Notes under the pieces: generated by a model
Database searches by the model: none
The model's input: only the letters and a program-made list of their open reading frames with translations
Told to the model about the DNA's origin: nothing
NCBI GenBank assembly: GCA_030390025.1
Contig: JASTWF010000035.1
Location: 4,464,001 to 4,528,000, forward strand
Source of the DNA: Squalus acanthias
Taxonomy: Eukaryota
Direction of reading: 5' to 3'
Length of the DNA stretch: 64,000 nucleotides
Part shown: positions 62,426-64,000 of the stretch, in pieces
Layout: each line of letters begins with the position of its first letter
How positions within the stretch are numbered: position 1 is the stretch's first letter
Translations under genes and position numbers: made by a program

Positions 62426-62954
62426 AAAGATACGGAGTGCGAGAGTGAGGAAACAGCAGTGCACCAAGTACAAAGCTGACAAAGTAAAGCCGGTCCAGGG
62501 TGGAGTGAGAGAAGAGCGAGAGTTGAGAGAAGAGGTTGAGAGAAAGATTTTCTCAGAAATATTCCGTTTTCAAGGGAAAAAATGTGTTGAATTTTGAAGC
62601 CAACTCCCTTGTGTTGTGGGGATTTCAAAAAGGTTGATGCTCATTGCTCAACCCGAGACACAAGGGGGAGAGAGGCAGGCAGTTTCTTTCCTCATTCTAA
62701 TTAGAATTTTTTTCTAAGTTGAATTTTGAGAGCAAACAAATGCTCTGGAGAAACAGATGGTGGGGGGGAAGGGAGCTGAGCAGAGCAAGGGGAGTAAGTG
62801 GGGGAGGGGGAAACACGAATGATTGGGGAGGTGATGGGAGGGGAGTCACTGAACTCCCCACCAAAAATGCAGCCTGCAGCATTGGTGCTCCTTCCCCCAT
62901 CACACCCCCGCAACCCCACCCCACCCAGAGGGAAAGCAAAAAACAGAAGCAGAG

Positions 62955-63405
62955 AGAAATGCTCATATTTAATAATTCATTAGAAAAAGGTGTAGTGTCA
63001 GAGGATTGGCGGATAGCTAATGTAATACCTATATTTAAGGGGGATAGAACATGTCCAGGGAACTATAGACCAGTCAGCTCAACATCGGTGGTAGGAAAAA
63101 TAATGGAATCCCTACTAAAGGAGAAAATAGAAGAACATCTAGAAACCAAAAATATAATAATAGTCAGCATGGATTTCAAAAGGGAAAGTCTTGCTTGACC
63201 AACCTCAATGAACTTTTTGAAGAGGTAACAGAGAGAATTGACAAGGGTAATGCAGTAGATGTAATTTATCTAGATTTTCAAAAGGCCTTCGATAAGGTAC
63301 CCCATAATAGACTGATGAACAAGGTCAGAGAATGCGGAGTCAGGGGACAAGTAGCAGAATGGATAGCTGGCTGGCTTCAGGACAGAAAGCAGAGAGTAGG
63401 GGTAA
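62955..63405 (+). mobile_element. CR1 RT fragment
   Basis: DWRIANVIPIFK, NYRPVS and YLDFQKAFDKVPH, with frameshifts. Cut off by the next element. Confidence 0.85.
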
Positions 63406-64000
63406 AGAACATAAGAAATAGGAGCAGGAGTCGGCCATACGGCCCCTCGAGCCTGCTCCGCCATTCAATAAGATCATGGCTGATCATTGACCTCAACTCC
63501 ACTTTCCCGCCCAATCTCCATATCCCTCGATTCCCCTAGAATCCAAAAATCTATCTATCTCAGCCTTGAATATACTCAAAGACTCAGCATTCACAGCCCT
63601 CTGGGGCAGAGAATTCCAAAGATTCACAACCCTCTGAGTGAAGAAATTCTTCCTCATCTCAGTCTTAAATGTCTGACCCCTTATCCTGAGACTATGCCCC
63701 CTAGTTCTAGACTCTCCAGCCAGGGGAAACAGCCTCTCAGCATCTACCCTGTCAATCCCACTCAGAATCTTGTATGTTTCAATAAGATCACCTCTTATTC
63801 TTCTAAACTCCAGAGAGTATCGGCCCAATCTACACAATCTCTCCTCATAGGACAGCCCTCTGATCCCAGGAATCAATCTAGTGAACCTTTGTTGCACCGC
63901 CTCCAAGGCAAGTATATCCTTCCTTAGATAAGGAGACCAACACTGTGCCCAGTACTCCAGGTGTGGTCTCACTAAGGTCCTGTACAATTGTAGCAAGACT
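63406..64000 (-). mobile_element. CR1 LINE 3' end running off the window
   Basis: ORF 63493-63996 encodes the ORF2 C-terminus. Reverse tail AAGAACATAAGAAATAGG. Confidence 0.9.

Overview
Eukaryotic vertebrate DNA, most likely a cartilaginous fish (inferred from the repeat families), and overwhelmingly repetitive. It contains the 3' ends of two convergent genes. PCED1A/FAM113A (+) has three phase-compatible coding exons at 29996-30239, 35822-36022 and 44929-45110. DCTN1/p150Glued (-) has its last coding exon at 61394-61531 and a poly(A) signal at about 60182. The rest is tandem arrays (a 45/46-bp satellite, a ~17.8-kb interrupted GT array, and 17-, ~23-, 26-, 33-, ~39- and 45-bp minisatellites) plus nested CR1-type LINEs, one with an intact 941-aa ORF2. 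There is also a second poly(A)-tailed LINE lineage with a probable partner SINE, a TA-flanked pogo/Tigger-like MITE, and two Penelope-like inverted-repeat mini-elements. The most notable observations: (i) a TSD-flanked Penelope-like hairpin element carrying a complete minimal hammerhead ribozyme core; (ii) a PCED1A exon bracketed by two quasi-complementary giant arrays; (iii) a CR1 subfamily with a duplicated, A>G-skewed 3' terminal module; (iv) a 45-bp in-frame satellite forming inside LINE ORF2. The giant Cys/Val and His/Thr ORFs are repeat artefacts. Gene and repeat family names are from recall, not database searches.
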